Assembly (NCBI RefSeq): GCF_006345805.1
Contig: NC_043000.1
Coordinates: forward strand, 124,558,001-124,622,000
Direction of reading: 5' to 3'
DNA from: Octopus sinensis
Taxonomy: Eukaryota
DNA: 64,000 nt
Both the position numbers and the translations under genes were made by a program. The notes below the pieces were generated by a model. The model was not told where the DNA came from. It worked only from the letters and a program-made list of their open reading frames with translations, and did no database searches. How positions within the stretch are numbered: position 1 is the first letter of the stretch; each line of letters opens with the position of its first letter. Of the stretch, positions 38,815-52,084 are shown piece after piece.

Positions 38815-39664
38815 TGACCCATCCGTTCGTGTCCGCTGTCAGCCTCGTCTGGCACCCGTGCCGGTGATACGTAAAAGCACCATTCGCTCGTGGCCGTTTG
38901 CCAGCTCTGCCTGGCCCCATGTCGGTGGCACGTAAAAGCACCATCCATTCGTGTTCGTTGCCAGCCTCGCCTGGCCCCGTGCCGGTGACACGTAAAAGCA
39001 CCGTCCGTTCGTGGCCGTTTGCCAGCTCTGTCTGGCCCCGTGTCGGTGGCACGTAAAAGCACCATCCGTTTGTGGCCGTTTGCCAGCTCTGTCTGGCCCC
39101 GTGTCGGTGGCACGTAAAAGCACCATCCGTTCGTGTCCATTGCCAGCCTCGGCTGGCCCCCGTGCCGGTGACACGTAAAAGCACCGTCCGCTCGTGGCCA
39201 TTTGCCAGCTCTGTCTGGCAACCGTGTCGGTGGCACGTAAAAGCACCATCCGTTCGCGTCCGTTGCCAGCCTCGGCTGGCCCCCATGCCGGTGACATGTA
39301 AAAGCACCGTCCGTTCGTGGCCGTTTGTCAGCTCTGTCTGGCACCGTGTCAGTGGCACGTAAAAGCACCATCCGTTCGTGTCCGTTGCCAGCATTGCCTG
39401 GCCCCGTGCCGGTGACACGTAAAAGCACCATCCGTTCGTGGCCATTCGCCAGCTCTGTCTGGCACCTGTGCAGGTGGCACGTAAAAAACACCCACTACAC
39501 TCGCGGAGTGGTTGGCGTTAGGAAGGGCATCCAGCCGTAGAAACACTGCCAGATCTGACTGGGCCTGACGAAGCCTTCCAGCTTCACAGACCCCAGTTGA
39601 CCCGTCCAACCCATGCTAGCATGGAAAGCGGACGCTAAACGATGATGATGATGATGATGATGAT
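38815..39664 (+). mobile_element. Family C retroposon carrying an 11-unit ~60-bp tandem array and (GAT)n tail
   Basis: Units delimited by ACGTAAAAGCACC. Confidence 0.9.
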
Positions 39665-39685
39665 ATATATATGAATATATAAAAT

Positions 39686-40750
39686 TGTGTGGAGGTGTCC
39701 AGTGGTTAGGACAGTGGACTCGCAGTTGTGGGATCGTGGTTTCGATCCCCAGACTTGCTGTTGTGAGTGCAAGGTGAGGTGTGGCAAACCCTGCTGTACT
39801 TTTTCACCACAATTTCCTTTCACTCTTTCTTCGTGTTTCTGTTGTACCTGTATTTCAAAGGGCCAGACTTGTCACACACTGTGCCATGCTGAATCTCCCC
39901 TAGAACTACGTTAAGGATACATGTGTCTGTGGAGTGCTCAACCACTTACATGTTAATTTCATGGGCAGGCTGTTCCATTGATCAGATCAACTGGATCCTT
40001 CGTCTTCATGACCAACAGAGTGCCATGATATAATTGTACCAAGGACCTATAATCTGAGTCTGTCATAGGTCAACTATCATGTTGAAATGTAACTCTTTTG
40101 GAAAATTCTTCCCTGATGAAATAACCAATTAACCAGTTTCAACATGAAAATTTAAATTAAATTAATTTAGTTTAATTTAATTTCTGTAATTGTACTAATT
40201 GGATATGGAAACGGCTAAAGGATTGGAATTTCATTATATGGATTTGAATATCTTTAAATAAACTGATGTCTTCACGTCCATTTCTCCATTTCCTTCTTTT
40301 TCTCATTCTCGTATACTCTTTACTCTCTCTCTTTTACTCTTTTACTCATTTCAGTCATTTGATTGGGGCCATGCTGGAGCACCGCCTTTAGTCGAGCAAA
40401 TAGACCCCGGGACTTATTCTTTGTAAGCCCAATACTTATTCTGTCGGTCTCTTTTGCCGAACAGCTAAATTACAGGGACGTAAACATACCAGCATTGGTT
40501 GTCAAGCGATGTTGGGGGGACAAACACAGACACACAAACATGCACACATACATGTATATATATACGTATATATATATACATATATATGATGGGCTTCTTT
40601 GAGTTTCTATCTATCAAATTCACTCACAAGGCTTTGGTTGGCTTGAGGTTATAGTAGAAGACACTTGCCCAAGATGCCACACAGTGGGACTGAACCCAGA
40701 ACCATGTGGTTGGTAAGCAAGCTACTTACCACACAGCCACTCCTGCACCT
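39686..40750. mobile_element. Family D-related SINE (+, 39686-40030) and family A SINE (-, 40316-40750)
   Basis: Family similarity. Confidence 0.83.
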
Positions 40751-41161
40751 ATATATATATATATAACAAAAAAAGGAGAAGAAAAGGAGAAAGGGAAAAA
40801 GAAGGAAGCTGCATGTATAACACATAACTTAGAAGCAGCACTACAGATGTGCCAGCACACACGAGATTGAGACATGGCTGACCTCATGTACATCTCATGA
40901 GGAATTCTGGAAGGAGCTTCGTGAGATGCTTCTAAAAAAAAAAAGAAAAGCTGTTGGAAAACTGATTATAGCAGCGACTCCAATTCCTAGGGATATCTGA
41001 AGAAGGAATTTTTATTCCGAAATATCATATCAGACTGTGGATGATTAAATTACAACAGTTATTATAGTCTGTTGTTTGTATTATAGTGCATTGTTGTGTC
41101 ATTCACAATATTTTGTTCTTTACAAACAATGCACAATGCTTCAAGCAAACTACAATACTCT

Positions 41162-41249
<88 letters not shown>

Positions 41250-41265
41250 GTGCGCGTGCGTGTGT

Positions 41266-41314
<49 letters not shown>

Positions 41315-41560
41315 ATGCACATATACCATGTATGCCATAAAGTCGGCAAATCAAAATTGACATTTTAAGATCCACAAATATCAGAACTTAACTGCAGTGC
41401 TTGATGGTCCAAAGCAGATATGCAATCTATGTAGGTGTCTTTTCAATACATTGTCTGGTTTAAAAAGTCACATTGGACACCATGATAGATCTAAGGCATA
41501 AGTACAAGAGGTAGTCAGACTCTGCATAAGGAGTTGACAATCATCATGTATATGCACACC

Positions 41561-41593
<33 letters not shown>

Positions 41594-41644
41594 GTATATA
41601 TGTATACACTTGGTATATGTATGTAAGTAGCATATATGTATATC

Positions 41645-42300
41645 TCATCATCATCATCATCATCATCATCGATTAACGTCCGCTTTCCATGCTGGCATGG
41701 GTTGGACAGTTTGACTGAGGAGTGATGAGCCAGAGGCCACGCCAGGTTCAATCTGATCTGGCAAAGATTCAACAGCTGGATGCCCTTCCTAATGGCAACC
41801 ACTCCGAGAGTGTAGTGGGTGCTTTTACGTGACACCGGCACGAGGTCTAGTCAAGCAGTTCTGGCAACGACCATGCTCACACTCAAAAGGTGTTTTTTAC
41901 GTGCTACCTGCACAGGAGCCAATCCAGCGGCACTGGCAACAACCCCACTCGAATGTTGCTTTTCATGTTCCACTGGCACATGTGCCATAGGGCGACTCCG
42001 GCAATGATCATGCTTGAATGGTGTTTTTCACGTGTCACCAGCATGGGGGGCAAATCTGTGGCCCTGGCAACAATCCCACTTGGATGCATCATCCTCATCA
42101 CCATTTAACATCTGCTTTCCATGCTGGTTAGACAGTTTGACTGGACCTGGTAAGCTGGAGAGCTGTGCCAGGTTCCAGTCTGATTTTGGCTTGGTTTCTA
42201 TGGTTGGATGCTCTTCCTAATGCCCACCACTCCAAGAGTGTAGTGGGTGCCTTTTACATGTCACCAGCACAGGTGCCTTTCACATGACACCGGCAATGAG
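41645..42300 (-). mobile_element. Family C retroposon copies
   Basis: (CAT)n CGATTAACGTCCGCTTTCCATGC start; degenerate internal units. Confidence 0.8.
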
Positions 42301-42793
42301 TACGACTATGATTCCATGCGTGCCATTTACATGATATCAACAATGGCCATGACTATGATTTCATTTAGCTTGCTGGACATTCTCAAGCACAGCATATTGC
42401 CAAAGGTGTTGGTCATTTGTCATCACTTGTGTAAGGCCCAACTTTCGATCATCATGCTTTACCACCTGTGTGTGTGTGTGTGTGTGCGTATGTGTGTATA
42501 TGTGTGTGTATGTGTATGTGTGTATGCATGTGTGTATATGTGTGTGTATGTGTGCGTGTGTGTGTATGTCTGTGTATGTGTGTGTATGTGTGTGTATGTG
42601 TGTGTATATATCTGTGTGTGTATGTGCATGCGCGCATGCGTGTTTGTGTGTGTGCGCGCGCGCGTGTGTGTGTGTGTGTATGTGTGTGTGTGTATGTTTG
42701 TGTAAGTTATCTGAGAGTCCATTAATCTGGAAAAAATGCACTTGCATATATGTCAAAAGAATGAGTGTATTAATCAAAGTGGACAGTAGTATA

Positions 42794-43984
42794 TTGGGTC
42801 ATCCCATAAATAATACGGTTTTTTTATACTTCTTTTATTTTTCAAAATTAAGATAAACAAAGTTCTTCTTTAATCTAAAATATACTCTCCTTCCTTTTCT
42901 ACAATGCTCTTCCAAGGCCCCTCTTGCAAAATTCACTTGTCCGTGATGAAAAATACTCCTCCAGTACTGTTCTGACCTCATCTACAGAATTCATATTTTT
43001 CCCATCCAAATGATTTTGAGGACTGTGGAATAAATGATAATCAGATGGGGCAATGTCTGGCAAATATGATATCCCATTCAAACTACTCCAGCCTTTGGAA
43101 TGTCGTCCTTGCTGTATGTGGCCGAGCATTATCCGGATAGAAGAATACCTTTCGTCTTGAAACCAAAGATAGTCGTTTTCCTTCTAGTGCACATGTTGAT
43201 GAAGGGTTAAATGACCAAATCCAAGCTTCTCTGCTAGTTCCTCAACAGTTACGATGGGATTTTGTTCCACTAGGGTTTGCAGGATGTCTTTGTCAAACCC
43301 TACAGATCTTCCAGGATGAGGCTCACCTTCTAGGCTGTAGTTTCCAGCTTAGAACTTCTAGAACAACCATTGACACTCCTGTTTGTTCCTCCTCGAGCCA
43401 TCACTGGCTCATAAGAGCTGGTTTCCTGGTTTCCTTGGTGTATAGGTTCCCCACCTCGATAGGACGCCAGTCCATCGCAGGTGAGCAGGAGGAAATAGTG
43501 AAAGTTGTGGTGAAAGACTCAGCAGTAGTTTGACATTACCTTCTGCCGGAGCCATGTGGAGCTTAGGTGTTTCGCTCATAAATACACACATTGCCCGTTC
43601 TGAGATTCGAACTCACGATCTGCGAGTCTGCTGCTCTAACCACTAGGCCATGTGCTTCCACACTATTGACCCTGGTTTATGCTTATTGTCCGATCCCCAT
43701 ATACTGCATTGATATTCCTCACATTTTCTGTTGCATTGTTACCTTTATTGAACTCATAAAGCAAAATATGCCGAGTATGCTCCTTTGTCATCATTTCCAT
43801 TATAGCTTTGAAAAAATAATGGTTAAAATCGAGCGGCACTCTTCAAAACTTGCACTAAGAATAAGGACAAGGTAAAATTACTACCTGTTTTTATAGCAAG
43901 ATGATGCAGGTAGTGAAACCTGTCCCCACTCTGACTTTTAGTTCATGCAATTGAAAAAACTGCATTATTTATGGGATGACCCAC
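42794..43984 (-). mobile_element. Second mariner family, internally deleted, interrupted by a family D SINE (~43375-43665)
   Basis: TIR TTGGGTCATCCCATAAATAAT with TA flanks (42792-93, 43985-86); KEHTRHILLYEFNKGNNA, DNARPHTA, PDIAPSDYHLF. Confidence 0.9.
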
Positions 43985-44163
43985 TACAACCATTATGGCT
44001 GATCTTATCAATTGGTTCAATCCATGGAATCCCTAGCATGAAACTGCTGTAATGGATATAATACTGTACACTTCAATTAATATACATACATACATAATAT
44101 ATACACACACATACATACATATATACATATAAATACACACACCAGATATATATATATGTATGC

Positions 44164-44249
<86 letters not shown>

Positions 44250-44833
44250 CACACATACATATGAGATGGACTCTCCCATTGATTTTGATGAACAAGTCTT
44301 CCAGTTTTTCAATCAATGCATCTCCCTCTCTACTTATTGAATTACTCCTTGATTAGTAATTGATTATTCAGTGAATTACAGACACTAGTAACATGTTAAT
44401 ATAATCTTCTCACAATCTTCTTGACACCTTATGACAAGGCTGGGTGCTGCTGTCACCAGAACACCCTCCCCTGACATACGAATACCATTCTGTTCCTATC
44501 TATGCAACTTCGTTTATAAAGGATTGGATCAATTGTTGGTTTAAGGTGTCACACACACACACACACACACACTGTGATAAAACCTGATGCAGCGTTATTG
44601 ATAAGCAAATGTGTTTCATACACGACAAAATAAGTGCAATGTTATTTAGCATGTATACATACATGTACAGACTTAGACATATATATGTATATACACAAAC
44701 ACATGCCCGCATATGTTTGAATGTGTGTGTATCTATAGACATTTGTATGTACATGTATATGCAGTAACACACACACGTTCACATACACACAGACACATAC
44801 ACATGTAATATATATATGTGTGTGTGTGTATAT

Positions 44834-44949
44834 ATATACTTTATTTAAAAGCAGCAGAAAATTCAACAAAACTGTTACTCTGAGTTTCACCGTGAAACCC
44901 AGAGTAACAGGTTTTGTTGAATTTTCTGCTGCTTTTAAATAAAGCATAT
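44834..44949. repeat. Near-perfect palindrome (arms >50 bp, 1-nt centre)
   Basis: 44839-44890 vs 44892-44944 differ by one substitution and one 1-nt indel. Confidence 0.95.
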
Positions 44950-45398
44950 TACTCTACTACTGGTATTTGAGTACTCTTTTTTCCACCTTGTTTCACATTT
45001 ATGTGTTTACTCCGGTATGTATATATATATATATATATCCGTAAATGTAATATGTGACAGTTATTTGGTAGCCATGATAAAACTCCGAGTTTCGGATGCC
45101 GAGGTGGAAATCCACACCACCATCTCTTTAGTTTTCCGGCCATCAGAAAAAATGCTATGGAAAATGACCGTTATACAAAGGGAAATTACTGTATGAGTGA
45201 CAGTCATTAAGACAAAAGAGCTATTAGAATGATGGCTAAGTGAGGGGAGGGAGTAAAAGTAAGGGGCTAAAAAAGTTCATAGTATTCGTGTAAGCGCGCA
45301 TGTTCATACCTACACAGCTTCTTTCAGTTTCTGTCTACCAAATCCACTCACAAGGCTTTGGTTATCCCAAGGTTATAGTAGAAGGCACTTGCCCAAGG

Positions 45399-45453
<55 letters not shown>

Positions 45454-45995
45454 GAAGTCCTATTACATTTTTATAATTAAATATTCTTTTCTACTCTAGG
45501 TACAAGGTTTGAAATTTTTGGGGAGTGTGGGGGGCAGTCAACTAGATCGACACCAGTACATGACTGAATGGGTCGATAAATTAAGTACCAGAGTTAAAGT
45601 CGACCTCAACAGAATTTGAACTGAGAACGTAACGAGAGACGAAATACTGCTGGCCAGCTCGACTCCTTATTTATCATTAAATATTATTAAGAATTATATT
45701 AAAAAGTTGTTAAAACATGTATTGTTGAACTATAACCAATATATTGCAGATAAATTTTAATAATAAAATCTTATATGGACCCACAAAAGCCATATGCATC
45801 CCTAAAGGCGATACGCACACCCAGGGGCCATATGCACCCCAGTTGAGAACCACTGCCATAGGTCATTATTATATGTACATACAGTAAAGAGCTGTAGTAT
45901 TGCACATATACACATTAATATACCCACTATTGCACATGCATATGTAGTAATCCGCTGTCATATGCAAACCAATGTATGCATACACACACACACAC

Positions 45996-46035
<40 letters not shown>

Positions 46036-46789
46036 TATTTATACCTATTGTATACAGGTATATATATTAATACACACACACACACACACAAGCCTATGTA
46101 TGCTTGCTAATATATTCACACATCCATTCATACCTGTGCAACACATATGTGCAACTACACAGCAGCATATGTACACATATATACAACATGCACAGTGGTA
46201 TACCAGAAGCTGAAATATCACCTGACAAGCTGATTGACACAATTACACATACGCACAAACACACACACACGCCATGTGCACACACACACCACATGCACAC
46301 ACATATGCACACACACATGCATGCACACACACACTGAACTGAAAGTAGATTGTTGCAATGTGATGTCTGACAGCTAACCCCCCACATACATACCTACATA
46401 CATGTATATGTGTGTATGTATAAATACATATTTATATATATATATATATACACACATGCATATATGTTTGTGTATATATATATGTATTTATGTGTGTATG
46501 TATATGAGTGTTAACACACATATATATGCATATATGCAGATACATATGCATATTTAAATATGTATCTATCCCTCTCTTTCTCTTGCTCTCCTTTTCCCTG
46601 CTCCCTTCTCTTTATCTCTCTCTCTCTCTCTCTCTCTAATATATATATATATATAGATTTATATGTGCATGTATATATCTGTGTGTATATGTCTCTGGGC
46701 TAAAACATATAAAAGAATTAAAGAATAAAGGAATATGTATTTCTACATACATATATATACGCATATTTATATACATGTGTATATATATA

Positions 46790-46831
<42 letters not shown>

Positions 46832-46930
46832 ATACATATATATATATATTATATATATATATATAATATATATATATATAATATATATACACATACATAT
46901 ACATACACATGAGTGAGTGCATGTATATAT

Positions 46931-46974
<44 letters not shown>

Positions 46975-46976
46975 TA

Positions 46977-47025
<49 letters not shown>

Positions 47026-47243
47026 GTGCATGAAAATATTTGTGTGTGTGTGCATGTCTGCTTACATAAGAGGCATGTGTGTGTGTGTGTGTGTATGCAT
47101 AGCATATATGAGAAGTCTGCATATGTGTGTACACTGTATTTTTCCTTCTTCTTCACTAAATCACCTGATACTAGTGTCATTCATCTACTTACTTTCAACT
47201 TTGTCATAGTAGTATGTACTGACAGTTGCTGTATCTATCATAC

Positions 47244-47320
47244 ATGTCAAGCTGGTTGTTGTTGAGATATTGGCACCTCTCATTTACAATGTCCTTGTCA
47301 CTTTCTATTCCAAAATGCAG
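47244..47320 (-). CDS. Candidate 77-nt exon (LHFGIESDKDIVNERCQYLNNNQLD)
   Basis: Very strong acceptor gccttcaccttcttttag, donor at|gtatga; phase 0 to 2. Confidence 0.4.
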
Positions 47321-47443
47321 CTAAAAGAAGGTGAAGGCATGTAGGGAATAGCTTTTTTTTTTTAGAATTGTGGACAGTGAAAACTGCAAATTCAAAGACA
47401 TAGTCTTTTAGTGTCATGAGAGAGTTAATAGTAATAATGATAA

Positions 47444-47493
<50 letters not shown>

Positions 47494-47527
47494 ATAGTTA
47501 ATCATAGTAGTAGTAGTAGTTGTAGTG

Positions 47528-47581
<54 letters not shown>

Positions 47582-47800
47582 AAGCTGTTACAAAAGTTTG
47601 AAAAGAACAAATAGCATGGTACATTGTAATGCAGGCTGCAGGTAGCAAACTCATTACTCATGCAAGATTCCAGGAGTTCAAACAAAATCTGTGTTAAAAG
47701 CATATAATAATGATGATGATAATAATGATAATAATGATGATAATAATAATAACAATAATAATAATAGTAATAATAATAATAATGATAATGATGATAATAA

Positions 47801-48095
47801 CAAGTCGAGAGATATGACAGGTTAGCTTGGGAGGTTAAGCAGTTGTGGTTGATGAAAAAGGTAGTAGTAGTACCAATAATTGCCGGAGCCCTGGGAACAG
47901 TGAATAAAAATCTTGAGAAATACATGGAACAAATAGGGGCTGCAATAAGGGTGGAGCATTTGCAGAAAACAGCACTGCTTGGAACTGCTTGAATATTCTG
48001 GATGGTGCTCAAAAAATAAGGGATGTTACCTTAGTTCACTGGTAGTGAACAGCTGGCACCATAGTACATCTCCAGCATTAGAAGCTATGCAAAGA
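47801..48095 (+). mobile_element. R4/Dong-type non-LTR element 3' end (restriction-like endonuclease)
   Basis: RYDRLAWEVKQLW...VVVVPIIAGALGTV...LQKTALLGTA, matching the RLE C-terminal VxVxPxxxGALG / LQKxALLGT pattern; (TAA)-type repeats on both sides. Confidence 0.8.
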
Positions 48096-48159
48096 CAATA
48101 AATAACAACAACAACAACAACAACAACAATAATAACAATGACAATAATAATAATAATAA

Positions 48160-48430
48160 ATGCCCTGATGCAGTACCGAGCAGTGGCCTGCTTGGTGTCT
48201 GATCTTAACTGATTGGAAGTGTTACCATGTACATTGTTTTGTCTTGGTATAAAAGATGGGCTACAGCAAGTATTCTGTTCAATACCACAGATTTTCTTGT
48301 CAGTTGTTTGACCTTAACCAGTTGACCATGTCCCTTAGTGGCTGACAATATGTGCATCTCTGATGAGGAGCAGAAATAGTGGGGGAGCATCATAGCCATG
48401 TGTTGAGAGGAATATCTAGGGTGTGAATAT
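48160..48430 (-). mobile_element. Family F element, tail-to-tail with the RLE fragment
   Basis: Shared with the 34268 and 57415 copies. Confidence 0.75.
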
Positions 48431-48654
48431 GTTTTGATGTCATGTGAAGCAGCCTCTTTGCTTAAGGGTTAAATAGGTCCTGTTCCTCAAGGCTAAGCCA
48501 GAAGAGCAGGAGACTGGCAGAGTAATCCTGACAGAAGGCAATGGGGAGCCACTGCTGTATTTTTGCCAAGGAAAAGTCATGAATCTTCAGGCTTTGGCAT
48601 AGAGGTCCATGATTACTGATACGTGTAAAACAGGCATGGAGCATGGTACATGAA

Positions 48655-49090
48655 GAGAGGGAGGGAGATAGAGAGAGAGAGATAGAGAGAGAGAAAGATA
48701 GAGGGATAGATACAGAGAGAGAGAGAGGAAAAGAGAGAGGGAGAGGGAGAGAAATAGAGAGAGAGAAATAGGGAGAGAGATGAAGAAATAGCTGGAAAGA
48801 GAGGGAGAGAAAAATAGGGAGAGAGAAAGAGAGAGAGAGATGGAGAGATGGGGATAGAGAGGAGTAGAGAGAAAGAGAGATATGAAGAGATGGGGATAGA
48901 GAGGGGTAGAGAGAAAGCGAGAGAGATTGAGAGATGTGGATAGAGAGGGGTAGAGAGAAGGGATATATATATATATAGAGAGAGAGAGAGATGGAGAGAG
49001 AAATATGGAGAGAGAAAGGGAGAGAGAGAAGTGGAAAGAAAGAGAGAGAAAGAGAGGGAGAGAAAGAGAGGGAGAGAGGGAGAAAGAGAG
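48655..49090. repeat. Degenerate (GA)n polypurine tract
   Basis: Direct reading. Confidence 0.9.
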
Positions 49091-49959
49091 CTGGCAGAAT
49101 CAGTTGAGTACTTAAAACAATACTTGTGGTATTTAGTTATGTTCTTTTAACTTCTGGGTTCAAATCCTGCCGTTACCAGTCTTGTCATTAATTATTCTGG
49201 GATTACAAAATAAGTAAAATTAACTAATGGAATTAATTTAATCAATTGTTCTCTCCCACTAAATTGGTGGCTTTCTGCTTATGGTGTTTAATTATCTATA
49301 TTCTACTAAAACTTTTGACTGTTTGCTTGCATGTGTACTAGTCTCTCTCTCTCTCTCTCTCTCTCATTCTCTTTCTGTAATTTAATACAGCCAAACTGGC
49401 ACATAATGGGAAAATACTCTGAAAGTAAGGTATCCCTGAAATGGGAATACAAATGGAATTAAACAAGTTTTGTGTAAATCGGACCATGAATTCCTGAGAT
49501 ACACGTTTTTTTTGGGTACCTTCATAAATAGCCAAAACAGCACATAATGGGAAAATACTCTGAAAGTAACATAACCCTGAAATGGGAATATATAACACTG
49601 TGAAAATTGTTTCCATCAATTTTTGTTTACATTATATAACAATTCCTTTTGTATTTTTGTAGAAGTGTGTACATATGCCATAAATAAATTCAGTTACTGG
49701 AGTTCAGGTTTATCTTGGAAGTTCTATTTCTATTAGATGCTGTAAATAATCAATAAAACATGAACTTGTAAACCAGACCTATGATGACACGAATGAATTG
49801 AAATATTTAACCGAATCATCATAAAATTAACTTTCATTTAAATGCAATGTTTAAATCAGCTTCAGTGTTTCATAACCCGAACTGTCAGTGACCCAATGGG
49901 TCTTCGGTAGTCTAGTTAATATTACCAAAGGCAAAATACTTAGGGTGTTTTTCTGTCAT

Positions 49960-50765
49960 TATATTTTAAGTTCAAATTCTGCTGAGGTTGATTTTGTCTT
50001 TCATCCTGTTGGGGGTCAACAAAATAAGTAACAGCTGAGAACTGGGGTTGAATATAAACGACTTACTCCCTCCTCTGAAATTGCTGGCCTCGTGACAAAA
50101 TTTGAAAGAAAATGCTTTATGGCATCTCATCTGTTTTATATTGTAACTTCAAATTCCTCCGAGGTCAATTTTGCTTTTCATCCTTTTGGAAAATTAAGGT
50201 AAGTATCAGTTGAATACTGAGGTTGATGCAATCAACTTAACTTCTCCCCAGAAAATGCTGGTCTTGTGTCAAAATTTGAAACCAATACAATCCATTGAGC
50301 AAATATTTAAGATTTGAAATGGCAGAAGTTTAATATAGGAGCTAAAATGGAGAATATCATTACAGATTGCAATGAAGTGGTGAGCTGACAGAAACATTAC
50401 AGCATTGGAAAAATGCTTTGAGCCTTATATTCTGGCTCTTTACATTTTGAGTTCAAATCCTGCTGAAGTCAACCTTGCCTTTCATCCTCTTGGGTTTGAT
50501 AAAATAAAGTGCTGGAGTTGATGGTATTGGTTAAGCTCAAGGCGGCGAGCTGGCAGAAACGTTAGCACACTGGGCGAAATGCTTCATGGTATTTCGTCTG
50601 TCAATATGTTCTGAGTTCAAATTCTGCTGAGGTTGACTTTGCTTTTCATCCTTTCGGGGTCAATTAAATAAGTACCAGTTACGCACTGGGGTCGATATAA
50701 TCAACTTAATCCGTTTGTCTATCCTTGTTTGTCCTCTCTCTGTTTAGCCCCTTGTGGGTAGTAAA
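49960..50765 (+). mobile_element. Array of about four family B-type SINE copies of differing age
   Basis: Repeated TTCAAAT(T/C)C...GAG/AAGGT(T/C)(G/A)A...TTTCATCCT cores. Confidence 0.8.
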
Positions 50766-51463
50766 GAAATAGGTATTGGCTAAGCTCCTCCCCCTACAAA
50801 ATTGATGGCTTTATGCCTAAACCAGAAACTATCGTTACAGTTAGTGATTTTTGCAAAGGTGAAGAAGTTCTTACCATTTCCCCTGAATATTTAATGCTTA
50901 TAATTATTCTTCAATACTTAAAGCATAATTTAAGATATAAATCTATAATATTATTCATATCTTTTCAATGATACTGCAGGGGAACTATTTATAAGTATTA
51001 TCAGAGTAAATATATGTAAATAAATATATATGTGTGCTTGTCTCTAATTCTAATAGAATAAAGCAGGTTAATTCTACTTGTACAATTCCATTAGTGATTT
51101 TTCAAAAAGGTGAAAACGTACTTATTCTATATTTCCTTAATTAATTCAAATTTAATTTCCTGATTATATAAAAAAAATGTCCAACTAACAAATGAATAAC
51201 ATTGAAATTTCACATTGTGTTTATGTTTGAATTTATTCAAATTTTTTTCTTTAACAACCATTCCTTATAAATTTTTCAGTTCAATATTTCTTTTTCTTTT
51301 GTTCATCACTCTAGTTATTGTTGCCAGTTATTTCTTTTATAATTTCCTTCTATAATTATTATTACTGTTATTATTTTTTTATGTCTTTCATTGAACTTAC
51401 TTCATCATCATTTTTCTCTTACAATAGATGTTTATCATTTTTTTCACTTAACCTTTACAATTC

Positions 51464-51550
51464 TTAACTTTGTCTTTTGTTCTGTTCTAATCTCTCCAAT
51501 GGAATTCTAGTTTGAACTCCTCCCCAGTTTCTAATCTCTCTTGCTTTAAG
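51464..51550 (-). CDS. Candidate alternative terminal exon (LKAREIRNWGGVQTRIPLERLEQNKRQS*)
   Basis: Acceptor ttttcctcttgttctatctaaaaag; phase 0 start fits the donor at 52993. Confidence 0.25.
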   Translation of the reverse strand, partial: LKAREIRNWGGVQTRIPLERLEQNKRQS

Positions 51551-52084
51551 CTTTTTAGATAGAACAAGAGGAAAATTTGAATATTCTATTTGAAGGAGAT
51601 TACTGGCTTTTATGAAGTAATTTTAATATAAAGTTTATTAATCCTTAAAACTGCTGCCACCTTCAGTGTCTTTGTTAACCTCTTACTACTGGGTACATTA
51701 TATTTTTACACTATCTGCAATATTTCATAGATTTTTTTTTTGAGGGTTGCATATATTGTAATCTTAGAATTGTTACTATCTTTTCTATATTTTAGTCTTA
51801 GAAATAAGAAACTTCATTTTTATAAATGATATTGTTAATATATTAATCTTCTGAGATACTGAGTATGCTGCATTTAATATTGCCAAAGATTTATAGCTTT
51901 TTTCAAAACATATATCTTTGAGTACATTTTATACTGCAGAATTGTACAATAACGTTATAGTAGATTCAAGATAGTACAAGCAAGACTATGGTATTATCTG
52001 AAATACTTAGATTACAGACAAAGATATTCACAGACAAAGATATTCACTTGCTCAGCTTCATAGGCATGGAATTATCAATATGAA

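Noticed and set aside
38815-39485. CRISPR-like regularly spaced repeats
   Set aside because: There are no unique spacers; whole units are homologous, the context is eukaryotic and there are no cas genes
41395-41505. C2H2-like finger CNLC...F.TLSGLKSH...H
   Set aside because: It is isolated with no splice context and resembles the terminal finger of decayed LINE ORF2 rather than a host zinc-finger gene
45075-45155. Fourth hammerhead on the minus strand (CTGATGG...GAAACTCGGAGTT)
   Set aside because: Core A9 is changed, stem II does not close at GAAA and helix I does not pair
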